64,000 nucleotides of DNA from Vicugna vicugna. Taxonomy: Eukaryota. Every line of letters starts with the position of its first letter. Positions within the stretch are counted from its first letter, which is position 1. The notes beneath the pieces are model-generated. The model had not been told where the DNA came from. It made no database searches and saw only the letters and a list, made by a program, of their open reading frames with translations. Shown here in pieces: positions 25,130 to 38,440 of this stretch. The stretch is from contig MU058423.1 of assembly GCA_013265495.1 (NCBI GenBank), positions 3,177,061 to 3,241,060 on the forward strand, in the 5' to 3' direction. Position numbers and translations under genes: made by a program.

Positions 25130-26570
25130 AACAGCAGCATGTAAGTCAGTGAATTTAGACCACTCCCTCATTCCATTCACAAAAATAAACTCAAAATGGC
25201 TTAAACACTTAAAACATAAGACAAGATACGATAAACCTCCTAGAAGAAAACACAGGCAAACATTCTCTGACATAAATCTTAGCAATGTTCTCCTAGGGCA
25301 GTCTACCCAGACAATAGAAATAAAAGCAAAAATAAACAAATGGGACCTAATTAAACTTTTAAGCTTTTCCACAGCAAAGGAAACCATAAGCAAAACAAAA
25401 CGACAACCTATGGAATGGGAGAAAATATTTGCAAATGATGTGATTGACAAAGCTTTAATTTCCAGAATATATAAACAAAAATCAGCTCACAGAACTTAAT
25501 AACAGAAAAAAACCCAACAACTCAATCTAAAAACGGGCAAAAGACCTAAACAAGCAATTCTTCAATGAAGACATACAAATGGCCAATATGCACATGAAAA
25601 AATGCTCAATATCACTAATTATCAGAGAAATGCAAATCAAAACTACAATGAGGTATCACCTCACAGTCAGAATGGTCATCATTCAAAAGTCCACAAACAA
25701 TAAATGCTGGAGAGGGTGTGGAGAAAAGGGAACCCTCCTACACTGCTGGTGCAAATGTAGTTTGGTGCAGCCATTATGGAAAACAGTATGGAGAGTCCTC
25801 AAAAAACTAAAAATAGACTTGTCATACCATCCAGCAATCCCACTCCTGGGCATATATCCAGAGGGAACTCAAATTCGAAAAGACACACGCACCCCAATGT
25901 TCATAGCAGCACTATATACAATAGCTAAGATATGGAAGCAACCTAAATGTCCATTGACAGATAACTGGATAAAGAAGTTGTGGTAGATTTATACAATGGA
26001 ATACTACTTAGCCATAAAAAAGAGTAAAATGATGCCATTTGCAGCAACATGGATGGGCCTGGAGAATGTCATTCTAAGTGAAGTAAGCCAGACAGAGAAA
26101 GAAAAATACCACATGATAGCACTCATATGTGGAATCTAAGAAAAGAAAGCCTGGAGATCATCATTCTAAGTGAAGTAAGCCAGAGAGAGAAAGAAAAATA
26201 CCATATAATATCACTCATAAGTGGAATCTAAAAAAGAAAAGAAAAAAAGACACTAATGAACTCATCTACAAAACAGAAACAGACTTGCAGACATAGTAAA
26301 CAATCTTATGGTTCCCAGGGGAAAGGAGGAAAGGATAAATTTTGGAGTTCAAGATTTGAAATTATTAACTAACATATATAAAAACAGATAAAAACCAAGT
26401 TTCTTCTGTATAGTACAGGGAACTATATTCAGTATCTTGTAATAACCTTTAATGAAAAAGAATATGAAAATGAATATATGTATACATATGCATGACTGGG
26501 ACTTTATGCTGTACACCAGAAACTGACACATTGTAACTGACTATATTTCAATAAAAATAAAATAAATAAA
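25130..26570 (+). mobile_element. Lineage-specific L1, 5'-truncated (ORF2 C-terminus, 3'UTR, tail)
   Basis: [33 protein letters not shown]; (AAAT)n tail; imperfect TSD tagatacttgccaa/tagctactttccaa. Confidence 0.92.
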
Positions 26571-26836
26571 TAGCTACTTTCCAAGACATAACAAACACTG
26601 CCACTCTTCTCATTAATTCTTTTTAATTTTTAAAAATAGCTACCTTTTCTTAAAATGTTATTTTATGAACATGAACGGATTATTATTGTTTTTAAGTGCC
26701 ATAATAAAAATTTTTAAAAATACCTCAGTTTAAAATTCTAAAAAAAGAAGCCTTGGGACTGCCCATTCAATCTTAGGAAGATCTGAATGATTCTACACAG
26801 CAAAAATGACCTGAAATTTATAAAGAAATTCCTCTC

Positions 26837-26909
26837 CACTGGAATTGAACACTGGAATTTGACACAACACTGTAAAATGATTATGAATCAATAAAAAATG
26901 TAAAAAAAA
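26837..26909 (+). mobile_element. Ultra-short L1 3'-terminal insertion
   Basis: Perfect 15-bp TSD aaagaaattcctctc (26822-26836, 26910-26924) around the last ~55 nt of the young L1 plus poly(A). Confidence 0.85.
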
Positions 26910-27263
26910 AAAGAAATTCCTCTCTACCAATTTGTGTTCAGCTGACTGAAAGTTGTATGATAGCTCTTCTCCACTGCCAGGGGTGGGGGCGGATTTTTAC
27001 CACAGGTATGAAAAATGCCATATATTATGATATAAAGTAGACAAAAACTGTAATAAGCAAAAGCTTTTTAGGGCCCTCACACTTACAAATGTATAAAGGT
27101 TCTGAAATCAAAAATCTGAGAACTGTTGACATAAATATATGTCATAGTGTATGACAAAGTATATATCTTAACTATCACAATACCACTATAAGGTAGGAAT
27201 TATCTTTATTTTATAGATAAGGAAATGGAGAAATTAAGAGACTTGCCAGGATCAAAGAGCTGG

Positions 27264-27770
27264 TGTATTATCTATTGCTGTATAATGATGTATCCCAGAC
27301 CTTAATGGCTAAAAACAACAAACATGTACTATCTCACAGTTTCTACGGCTCAGGAATTTGGGACCCACTTAGCTGGGTGGTTCAGGTTTGAGGTCGCTCA
27401 AAGGCTGCAGTCAAGATGTTGGCCAATACTGTCATCATCTGAAGGCTTGACTGGGGCTAGAGAATCTGCTTCCAAGACGCTTCACTCACATGGCCATTGG
27501 CAGGAGGTCTCAGTTCCTCTCCACGGGGGCCTCTCCAGTAGGCTGCTTGAGTGTCATTACGACATGGCAACCAGCTTCCCCCAAGCTAGTGATCCAAGAG
27601 AAAGACTGAGATAGAAGCTTCAATGTTTTTTATGACCTAGTTTTGGAAGTTACACACCATCATTACTACTTTGTTCTATTTGTTAGAAGCAAGTCACTAA
27701 ATCCAGTTCACACTCAAGGAGAGGAATTAGGCACTATCCTTTGAAGAACATGTCAAATAATGTGTGGGCA
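27264..27770 (-). mobile_element. MaLR solo LTR (MLT1-like) inserted in a MIR
   Basis: tgtattatctattgctgtataa...tctcacagtttct...cttagctgggtggttc...ggctagagaatctgcttccaag; MIR halves on both sides. Confidence 0.75.
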
Positions 27771-28757
27771 CGTTGTCAACCATCCCAGCTAATAAGTGGC
27801 AGTGCCAGGCTGCAAACTCAGGCCTAGCTGAACCCATGCTCTTTCCCTTGTACAACACAACCTTCCCAGGATGTATACCTCCTTCTTCCTCTATTTATAA
27901 TTTCCTTGGGTTCTGGATTGAGAAGACATTCAATGACTATAAACCGAAGTTTGAGAAAGAAAAAAACCTTCCTAGAGCTCATTTCATTTGTGTTTTACAC
28001 TCTGGAAGATGATGTTACAAATGAGCAATCGTAAGTGCTGCAGGGCAGGTAGCTTTGTCCCCCAGCTTTGTCTCTCTTGGAGCTGGGACCATGCTTGGAC
28101 ATCCAAGCATGACATGCTCACCTGCCAGGCCCAGGTTCCCACACTATGCCTTACCTGGAGAGCTCCACTGCCCGTAGCCTGCCAAGCCAGACCCAGACCT
28201 GCACCGGACACACATCCTCTCTATTACTAGCCTCTCTGTGGCCCTGATGAGGGCAAAGCTATGATTCAGGTTCCCATGTGGGCTTATGAATGTGACGTAG
28301 AGGAAAACCATCTTTCCAATTGCCTGGATGACGAAATGCAAGCTCTTGGACATCGCAGGGTCTAAGAAAAGAATGTGGATGTATCAGGGCAAGTCTGGAA
28401 AATCTGTAGTGCATTTGCTCTACAAATGCAAGGCTGTCTGATAATTCAGTGGGCCAAATTCTCACAGATCATCCATTCAGAAGAACTTTCCTAAACACCC
28501 GCATGTGCTAAGCAAACCTTGAGACTTTCATATCCTGTTACTTACCAAAACATCTCTCAGTTGTCATAAGGGGATCCCAAATGTCACCCCTAGGCTGGCA
28601 ACCCTCCTTGGTAAGTTTCCCACTGGGGGAAATTAAACACTGGTGCCCAATGCAAACCCTGCATGGTAAGAGCTCTACTTCCAGAGCACATTTTATGATT
28701 ATAATAATAATAAAAAAAAGCCATCACACTTCCTTTGTGTAACTTGGGCTTTTTCAG

Positions 28758-28880
28758 GTTCTGATACAGGACACAGCTGCTCTTCTGCTTCCGGGACTGG
28801 ACTGCATACTAGTAGATGTGAGAAATGTGGCACTAAGATTCCTAACTCCCAGAGAGTCCGTGGTAAAGAACCATCTAGAG
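28758..28880 (+). CDS. AKNAD1: AKNAD1 coding exon (SDTGHSCSSASGTGLHTSRCEKCGTKIPNSQRVRGKEPSR)
   Basis: tttcag|GT TCT...AGAG|gtgaga; 123 nt, phase 1 to 1. Confidence 0.9.
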
Positions 28881-28973
28881 GTGAGAGTGATGGGCCACCT
28901 CAGGGAGAAGGCTTAAGTGGGGACAGCTGTTACTCCCAGGCAATGAGCTGTATTTTTAATTTTTTCTTTTTAG

Positions 28974-29081
28974 AATTTCATTATAGATACAACACCCCAG
29001 GACAGAACTACTTTAATCATAGCGAAAGAAGTGCCTTTGCCCAGCTCCGCTTTTTAAATGAAAATAAGAATTCTTCACCTT
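28974..29081 (+). CDS. AKNAD1: AKNAD1 coding exon (EFHYRYNTPGQNYFNHSERSAFAQLRFLNENKNSSP)
   Basis: tttttag|AA TTT...CCTT|gtaagt; 108 nt, phase 1 to 1. Confidence 0.92.
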
Positions 29082-31154
29082 GTAAGTACATCTCCTGCAC
29101 GACCCCATCTTTGTAAACAACCTAGGCTCCCCGCGTGGGAGACCTACATCACACTGCCCACTGCCACCTTCTGGGGAGCCCCTGCCCTCTCCAGTCTGCT
29201 GCCAGGACTCCAGCACTCACCTGCCACTTTCACGTCCAGCCTGCACGGCAAGAGGCTGGGCTGGGGCTGGGAGATATGCAAGCCTAGCAGGAAAGGACTC
29301 TGACAGTTATGAAGAGCTATACCAGTGTAACAGATCATAAATATCTGCCGAACAAATGGCTGACTCAGTAATGACCACTATTACCATTATTATTCAGGAG
29401 TGGCAAGAGCTTTAAATACATCCCCACTAAGAAGTCATCCTGTGAAGAAATAGACTATTTTTACACTCCTTAAACATTATATTGCTAATTTCAGTGTAGA
29501 ACTTTGCCGTCTCTCGAAAAAACTAAAATCCCACAAACACTTATAAAGATGACTAAGACATGGCTCCTTCCTCCCAAGGAGTTTACAACCTATTGAGAGA
29601 AAGAAACTTATGCCCAAATAAGGAAAGTTCCTGGCGAAATGTGGTTAAGTGCAAAAAGCACAGACTAAGGTGCTAAGGGAAAACGAAGGAAGGAAACACC
29701 TTGTTTTGCTTCAGAATGACAGCCATGTCTGGTTCCCTGACATTCTTTCATTGTGGGCAAGTTCACACCTTCAGAGCTCTTTCTCTTCATCACCGGGGTC
29801 AGGGCACCAGAGAGAGTATTTCTGATCTTTCACAATTGCCAGTGTCCAAGATTAAGAATGGCATTTACCTGACTGACCTCATCTGTGCCTCCCCTACACA
29901 CCCCGAGCTATGAAGTCTTCCAGCTGGATATATTCTCTCGAGGTGACACTCCCTAAGACTCCACAGAATTAATGGCCGATTTCTTCAGTCTCCTTGGTTT
30001 GGGGGTCTACGGCTCATGAGACCTCTTATTCTATTATACAAACAAGGAAAGCAACTGAGTCATTTGAAATGTGACCTTGAACTCTGTTAGTAAACATTAA
30101 GTGGCCAAGAGGGTCGAAGTCCAAAGGAGGCATCTTTGTACAATGTTTAAAAAGAACCTCCAGCAACTGGAACATATGGAAAATGGAGTGGGCTGCTGCA
30201 GGAGGTCGTGAGCCCCACCTGTAGACCAGGGTCAATGTACTTTGTCAGGATGTTGTAAATCTGTAGACTGGATTAGAACTGGACCAGATGACCCTATGGC
30301 CCTTTCCAACTCTGAGTTTCTATGTTTCAGGTAAAATGCACAACTATATTTGAGGTCGACCAAGGTATTAAGACTGAGCTCATTAGTGGCTCTGTTCATC
30401 ATAACTTGAGTCTGGGTGCAGAAACCTGGACTTTCTGGCTTTTGCCCTGCCTTCCATGTCTGAGGGATAATCTCTCCCTGTTCCCTTGTCAAATGGGATC
30501 CTCATGTGGGGGAGTGAAGCCAAGCTACTAGAGACCAGAGGATATGACAGGAGACCTAGAAGGAGACAGAGGAGATGACAGAGGAGAGAGGAGAAGAGAG
30601 GCAAGAGAGGGGGAGAAGGGAGCCTCAGTAACCAAGAAGGCAGATTGTTGGCCACTGACTTTCCTCCCTCCCTTCCCCTGGCATTCTTCTCTTCCATGGT
30701 GACTCTCCTACATTTATCTTCTCTGTTTAGTCTTTATTTTCTAGCATTGTCTCAGTAACATAATTTAGTTTCTGACTCCTAGAATCCTTGCTCCTAAACT
30801 GGAGAGGACTTCAGAAATCCATTCAGCCCAAGCTTTAGGAAAATATCATCCCTCCATCTGTCAGGTGAAGAAGCTGAGCCCATAGACATGCCCAGGTCAC
30901 ACAACTAGCATCCAGGGAACCTAGACCCCTGGTCTCTGGTCTGCCAATTAAACTCTTTTTAAATGTTGAATTCCTTTTCTTGAATTCAGAATACTTGATG
31001 GCCATTTTCCATGTTCCCTGATTTTATTACTTACTAAAATTTTATGAACTATTTCACTGATACAGAAAAGTTCAGGAAATGATACCCATATATCCACCAT
31101 TTGAGGATCATTTTTGATGCTCCGAATTTAATCATAGCTAACATTTTTTTTCAG

Positions 31155-31236
31155 CTCATTCAAAACCAAAATTGATCTGTTCCCAGAGAGTGAATTCAAA
31201 ATCCTCTAATGATGAATGTGAATCCATACAAGGGAA
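31155..31236 (+). CDS. AKNAD1: AKNAD1 coding exon (HSKPKLICSQRVNSKSSNDECESIQG-K)
   Basis: ttttcag|CT CAT...GGGAA|gtaagt; 82 nt, phase 1 to 2. Confidence 0.9.
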
Positions 31237-32288
31237 GTAAGTATGATGAAAAATGACTACCCATGGGTTAGGTGCATGCAATGTGCTTAGTGCATTAAAT
31301 TACCTGCCCAAGATCACCTAGATCATAAGTAGTAGAGCCAGGATTCAAACCTAAGTCTGGCTAATAGTTCAGTCATTCAGTTATTCACTCAAAAAATATT
31401 TGAGCGTCAGTAACAGGACACTGGTGCTGAGGACACAGTGACAAATTCAACTACTCTCCCTGCCCTTGTGGAACTTACTTTTCTTGGTAGAGGAAAAGGG
31501 GGCATACAGAGTACTATGACCTAATCTGGGGGCTCAGGGAAGCTGAGTTCCAAAGGACAAGTATGAATGAACTAGCAAGGGGATGGAGAAGGAAAAGTGA
31601 AGAAGATGCCAGTCTGAGAGAGCCTCCTGGTGTGGAAAAGCCCTTGGCAAGTTCAGTAATGATGCAGCTGGAGCCTGAAAGAGGGAGAGAAAGTGGGGCA
31701 AGATGGGCTGGTGAGGGAAGGCTGGTGGGATGGGCAGGGCCAGACTCTGCAGGGGCTTGTCAGCCTCAGGAAGGATTTCAGACTCTTAGATATAACGAGA
31801 AGCCAATGAGGCTTTTAACCAGAGTGTTTTTTTAAAGTTTTCCAGTGTTTTAAAAAATCACTCTAACTAGTAAGGGAGAGGGAATGGATTAGAGTCAAGG
31901 ATTGGAGCACAGAGGCCAAGTAAGAGGCTAATGTAATAATCCAGGTTTGATGATGGCAGCTTGGCCAAGGGTGGTAGAAAAGGAAAGAGAGAAGACTAGT
32001 ATCCAAGAGCTACTTAGGAGGCACAATCGATAGTTTAGCAGAGTGGCTAGAGTTCGGGCTGTGCGGTCACACTCAGTCTGAACCCCATCACCCGTTACCA
32101 GTGTGGTAGTTTTTATAAATGTGTCTACTGGGGAGTTCTTGGCTTTGCATTCTGGTTGTGTGTCCTTAGGCAGAAAGTATGCAAATTCCTTGCCCCTAAC
32201 ACACACACAAACACACACAGAGCCACTAATGAACCACAGAGCTGAGGATGGCACTTCATACAAGTATCAATGTGCTTCTGCCTTCTAG

Positions 32289-32418
32289 GAAAAATCATAA
32301 GGCTTTCATGACCTACAGTTCAGACTCTGCTACACCCTCACCTCATTCCCACTCCTGCAGGACTTCTGGAAGCACATCCTTAAGCAACGTTAGTGGTATT
32401 GAAGAAACAGAATCTGAG
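32289..32418 (+). CDS. AKNAD1: AKNAD1 coding exon (KNHKAFMTYSSDSATPSPH...EETESE)
   Basis: ttctag|G AAA...TCTGAG|gtgagg; 130 nt, phase 2 to 0. Confidence 0.92.
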
Positions 32419-33165
32419 GTGAGGACTTAGGAAAAAAACATTCTAGAATTCCTGCAGCTTGTAAGTTTGGTCCTGATGACTACAAAACAGATGGCTTTTA
32501 AATTATTACAGTATGGGAGCATCAGAAAATGCTCTGCTAAAACTTGTGCTCAGCACTAATACAGAGACACACAGCCTGGGCAGCCACATGGTTGTGTTAT
32601 TCCTATACTGGTTCCAGGGGAAATTTCCTGGGGAAAAGGTTTTGTGGGTGGTGCCTCAGCTACAGGATTCCCCTGGCACGAAGGCTTGTGGCGCACAAGT
32701 CTGTCCCAGTGCCACTGGGGTTAGAGCCGCCAGTTTCCTAAAAATTTCGATCAGGTCACTTTCAAATGCTGCCACATGCACGCACTGCATCCCCGCGTGC
32801 TCTCTCTTGGTCGTTATGGCCCCTAAGTCCCCTTCAGTGCTCCCCCCTCACCCTCAAAGAGCCTTTCTTCTTTCTCACAGACCTCTTTTTCCGCTGTAGG
32901 GAAACAGCCCAGCAGGTTGCTGACCTCACCCTCTGATTCATGCTCATTAGTCACGTGTTGGTCTTTTTTCTGTCCCTTTCCCTAAAAAATATATTCCATC
33001 TCAGACGGGTTTCCTAGGAAACCAACCCTCAAAAACAGAAATAGACTGGGTGGGAAACAGAATACTCCAAAAATTCCACTCTGCAGTGTTTAATAATGAG
33101 AGAACCCAATTAACTGGAGCAGTAGTAAATAATGTAACTAAAATATGTGGACTTTTCCTTTGCAG

Positions 33166-33297
33166 ACTTTAAACTCGTCTTTGGATCACGCCCTAAGAAC
33201 AGCAACCATTTTGAAACAAACTACTGATCAAATGATTAGAACTATTGCAGAAGATCTTGCCAAAGCACAGAGATGGAGGAATCGACTGAAATACTAG
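33166..33297 (+). CDS. AKNAD1: AKNAD1 last coding exon (TLNSSLDHALRTATILKQTTDQMIRTIAEDLAKAQRWRNRLKY*)
   Basis: ttgcag|ACT...TAC TAG; 44 codons including the stop. Matches the recalled AKNAD1 C-terminus AEDLAKAQRWRNRLKY. Absent from the ORF track. Confidence 0.95.
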   Translation, partial: TLNSSLDHALRTATILKQTTDQMIRTIAEDLAKAQRWRNRLKY

Positions 33298-33534
33298 TTG
33301 GATTCAAGGCAACCAAGAATTTAAAAAAAAAAAAATGCAGAGAAAAGTTGGTCTTCCTCAAAAAAGTATTTTACATATTACACAACTTAGGAAGATGACC
33401 TTCCAAAGAAAACACAAAAACTCCAAGAAATGGGCGACTCAAAGTGTTTAAATGAAAAAAAAAAAGGACCTCTGATTCAAAAATCAAAATCAACAGGTAT
33501 TTGTTTAAAAGTAAATCTGTTATCCCTAATTCAC

Positions 33535-33540
33535 AATAAA
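33535..33540 (+). terminator. Candidate AKNAD1 polyadenylation signal
   Basis: First AATAAA after the stop codon, but in A-rich, L1-like context. Confidence 0.4.
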
Positions 33541-36500
33541 AGAAATCAAAACAGTAACATATACTTTTACCTATGAGTATGGCAAAAACAAAAATTTGAA
33601 AAACCCAGGCAGTGTCTATGAGGGTGAGGGAGACAAGTACCCGCACATACTGTCAGTGGAGGTATAAACTGGTGCAAACTTTGTGGAAGGCCAAGTGATC
33701 ATCGCTGTCAAATTCTACAAATCCTAAAAGTGCTTACCTTCTGAGAAGCAATTCCACTACTAGGACTTTGTAAGTAACTCACACAATATCCCACAGCATG
33801 TGTACAAGGATGGGAAAGGCCCCCTAGTGGAACTAATCTAATACCTTATGTGATGATTCATAAACGATGACAGTCATACAACTGATATTCTGCAGCCGCC
33901 TAAAAGAATCAGGTGTATAACCTGTAAGACAGTGGAAAACAGCAAGACGCCTAATAATATACATAGTGTGACCTCATTTGTTTTTCAAAGACCACACACA
34001 TTTTTCTGGAAAGATACACAAAAATACTCAGTGGACCTCTAGGAAATGGAACTGGGGGTTCTGTGGGGAAGAGAAGATCTTTACTTTTCATTTCCACTCC
34101 GTACTGTATGAAATTTTTATGATACACTTTTAAATTATTTACTTAAAGATCTCTTTAAGTCAGAAATATGGAAAAACAACAGTCCCAGATTAATGAAACT
34201 TGAAACCAAAATGAAGACAATTCATTAAAACTGCGTGCCAGGGATTAAGTCCATTTGCAGCACTACATGTAGGGCCGGAGCAAAGTTCTGACTGCTGCTT
34301 TAAGACTGATGTGTATGTAACGTCCTTAATTGACAGGGTAGCAGATTATTGGTTCTTTCCCCCTTTCCTGGGACTCCATTCACTCCAAATTCAACAAATG
34401 TTTCCCAACCCCCAGAGCTTTGCTTAGTGGTGGGGAGAGTTGACTCCATTCCCACTTTGAAGATTTCTGTGGTGACCAAAGCAGCTGCTATTTGTCTAGC
34501 TGGCTGGGGAATGAGCTATTTTTAACTTTGGGGCTTGGAAATTGGTTTAGGGTGCCTGGGAAGAGAAAAAGCAGAGGCCAGTCCAAAGATCCCTCTGATT
34601 TCATGGTGAAATTTATGTTGTGGCCCTCTGAGAAAGTGAAGACTGGTAGCAGTATTTTGAGAAAAAAGGAAGCCTAAATTGTATGCGCCAGGAGGCTTTT
34701 ATGCATCACGTACCTAAATTTAATCACAACATAACCGGTTTTGGGTGCCAAGCATCACTATCCTGTGCTCAAGTTTCAAATTACATACTTCTCTCTCTAG
34801 CCTGAGATGCTCTTACACGATTCATTAGCTTGTGAACCTTTTTGGGGTTCAGCCTTCTTTGAGAATTTGATGAAAAGTTATGGAGTCTCCCTCCCCCATG
34901 CTCCACTCGCCCATGGGAAAGTGACATGTGAACATGCACAGTTTTGCACACAATTTTTAAAAGTTCATGGATACCTGAAGCAAGTCCATGAAACCCAAGT
35001 TAGAAAAGACTACCAGAAATGAATGTTCCTAGTCCCACAAATTAACCTTTATAGAAACTCACTATTGTAATCATTTTTGATTTAAAAATATGGCCCATCT
35101 CTGCTTTATTAAACCATATTCTAAACATAATTTTACATTTCCTTGATGACTAAAGATCATTACAAACAATCACTGCAACATGCTTAATCCAAGAAACAGG
35201 AATAGGGCCATGTCCTTAAGGAATTCTGGAAAAGTGCTAGACTCTGATTTATAAGGATCATTTTATATTTACCGACTCCGCAGCCTTGGCAGCCACTGCT
35301 TTGTGTCAAGAGATAGACCTCTCTTCTAATTCTCCTGCAGCAGTAAGTCAGAAGAACAGGCTTGTTAAGTAAAAGTAATTTTATCTCTAATGCTGAGTCC
35401 AGGGGCTGAGCACTGCTGAGGACAGTCACGCAGCAATGAAACACGTGCAGTTTGCCTGGTGCAGAGGCCCCTCCATGCTCACTTCCAACGCGCAGCTGTG
35501 CTCCTGTGCTGAAGGCTGCCAGGAGCAAGACAGCAGGAGGGGGAATGCTGTTAGAAGGCTTCTGCCAGCTCAGTTAACTATTAGATTTTAAAAATGAAAA
35601 TTCATCTTTTTATCACTCCTTTCAGTTGCAATCTTATTGTTAATGAATTATTTAAAATAGACCTAATTCATGCTAAATATGAACATACACTTATTTATAT
35701 TTAATACCCAAAATGTTGTTTTGGTAGAACTTTTACTATGGGAGGAAGACACTTCTTGCTCCCTTGATTTTAAAAGAAATCTGCCTGAATCCTGATGGGA
35801 TTCACAAAGGGTACAAATACCTATAGCAAAACTGAGTTATGGAAGCATCACAAATGATAAAATAAACCACTGGTATCTGGGCTCAAACCCAAGAATTCTT
35901 GTGTCTTTGTGAACTGTTGTCATGAATTTTTGTGTATTGTCAACTGCTGATATTTTTATTATTTAATTTTCATGAATATGGCTGAACAATATGAATCCAC
36001 TACGCTTTAGAAACCAAGAACATTTCAACAGGAAGCAAAAACATGCTTCCGAGATAGTAAGTAAATGGTTTTAGTTAGTTGCTACAACAAAAAAAGTCTT
36101 TTTCAGGGTCTTAATATCAGAATCTATACTTGCTGGGGTGGGGAATCAGCTTATACTAGGAATTTATGTGAGATGACCTCTTATGTCTTCAAATCCAGCA
36201 AGAGACGTAGGAAACAAAGGGTCTCTCCAGTTCTAAGCCTAAGACATAATGTGAAATGTAGGCCTCAAAAGACCTCCTGTTAGTGTGACAGGGCAGAGTG
36301 AGCACTGAGGTGTGAAGCGACTGAAGGAAGGGACCGATGTTTGCTGTCATCACACTCAGTTCCATGTGTCACAGGGCACTGGGTTAGTATGAATCTCTGT
36401 TCCACACATGTACTAACCCTGGACAGTGAGTCACCAAGGTATTCAAGGATCTCAGATAAAATGCAGACACCAAAAAATTAACCCTCTCACTGGCAATGCT

Positions 36501-38434
36501 CAGTATGCAAAGAGAGTTGTTTATTAACGTCAAACCTTTCCTCTCCACATACACAGGTCATCCAGGTTAAAAATATAAACTCTTTGTGCCTTAGTTTCCT
36601 CAACTTTAAAATAGAGATGATAATAATAGTCTGTCTCCTCACAGGATTAAATGAGAAGACTGAGTGAGGTAATACAAGCCCTTAAAATAGTGACTCACAT
36701 ATGAAGCACTACATATGCATTTGCATATTATTATTTTATCATTCTTAGTAAAATAGCAAGTTCTGAAATTATATATCAAAATAGTAACTTTTATATATAT
36801 ATTAAAAAACATGTTTGAAAAATAGAAGATCCAATTCACATGGAACTATGAAAAATAAGGTATTACGGCAATATGCAGTACCTATATAAAGAAAATTAAG
36901 GTTCTGAAGGTCACACTTTCCCTAAGTTAATGTATAAATTTACTGCAAACCTAGTGAAAATACCAAAATAACTTTCAGTATTAACAAAATGGCACTAAAG
37001 TTCATTTAAAAAATGTAGCAGCCAGAGAATTTCTTTAAAATAGCAGTAATTTAGGTATGGGTGGAATTGAGATTACAACCATCACATACTAAAACATACC
37101 ATGAATTAAAATAGAAAGGGAAAAAGAAATATAAACTATAAGTCAATAAAACAGAATCCAGAAACAGACCAAAATACAAATATAAACTTAATCTATGATA
37201 AAGGTAGTATCTCAGCTTAGTTGTGGAAAGAGGGATCACCCAGCAAAATCTGATACAGTATCTGGCTGTTGAGAAAGAAAGATGGATCCTTGTTAAAGGC
37301 TGACTGATACAGTATTTAACAGGGATCCGTCCTGTTAAACTGAAGGAATAGAAACTGATGGAATAGAATCTCCTTCTAGATATTTCAAGCAGAATATGTT
37401 TCAATATAGAGAATTAAGTCCTTAAAAAATCATGAAAACAGCTGTAGGGGCCAAACTTTTAGAACCAAGGTCATATCACCATCTGACCCAGGGAACAGAA
37501 GGCTAGTGCTGCTGTTGCCCCCAGCACTGCCTCGAACCCAGACACCAAAACGTGGAGTCTGGTTGCCACATACAACTCCTGTCGGCAGGAACCTGCTTGT
37601 CCACTGGCGCAGCCACTGCAGGTGGCCTCTGCCTCCTTTCTACCCTCTGAACCTTGACCAAGAACAAATCGTTGGCAGAATCTAACCTGTTCAGAACCCT
37701 ACTTACCTCTGAGTCTGCAAAACTTTCTTTTTAGCCTTTCATCCCCTGTGGTATGGAATGGGGAGGCATGGGACATGATGCCAAGAGCTAAGAGACAAAA
37801 TCTAGCATACATTCTCACACTACAGTTAATTCCAGATGACTGAAAGAGTTACCTGGAAAAAATAAAATCAACTTATCAAAATGTTCTAGAAGAGCAATGG
37901 GTGAATTTACAATCTTGAGTGCAAAGATATTTCTAAGCACAACATATATTTGGAAGCTGTAAAAGAAAAGTGATGGACTTACCTTCATAAAAGTCAAAAA
38001 TGGTGATATCTATCAGCATTTTAAATGCACAAATACTCTGACAGCTATGTCACTGCTAGAAATTTATAGAAATATTTGTGTAAATTTGCAAAAGCATGTA
38101 TCCCAACAATATAGCATTATTTATAAGAGCAAAATTCTGAAGATAAGTGATATATAAAATTAGGGCCCATGGTCTGACAGAACATGACGAGGCTGGGTTA
38201 AAGGAGAGATCTGAAATGAAGATATTCCCTTTGAGTAACACATGGGCACATATGTCCTCATATTATCCAGGCTTATACAAAGATTTTTTTTTTTAAGTCA
38301 AAATGAGTTATCTTGGTGGGAGGATTATGGTGCATTCTTTTTCTTCTTTTTAACTCTCTGATCTAGAACTTTAAAACTTCCCAACTTCCCCTTCCTCCCC
38401 GCAAAAAAACAAAGATAATTTTTGTAACTATGTA

Positions 38435-38440
38435 TTTATT
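38435..38440 (-). terminator. STXBP3 polyadenylation signal
   Basis: tttatt on + (AATAAA on -), ~630 nt past the stop, followed on the - strand by U/GU-rich ttatctttgtttttttgc. Confidence 0.7.

Larger units (their letters stand above)
24955..27130. mobile_element. hAT-Charlie-like DNA transposon relic interrupted by L1 insertions
   Basis: Termini resemble cag..ttttcaaagtgggg / ..aaaatctgagaactgttg. Internal motif gccttctgttaagccagacatt...tgccactcttctc is split by the L1. Confidence 0.5.

Noticed and set aside
25125..25986. ORFs of 124 and 135 aa as host genes
   Set aside because: Frameshifted L1 ORF2 C-terminal fragments.
30528..30700. Purine-rich tract followed by pyrimidine-rich tract as a structured element
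   Set aside because: Low-complexity sequence with no extended exact complementarity or periodicity.
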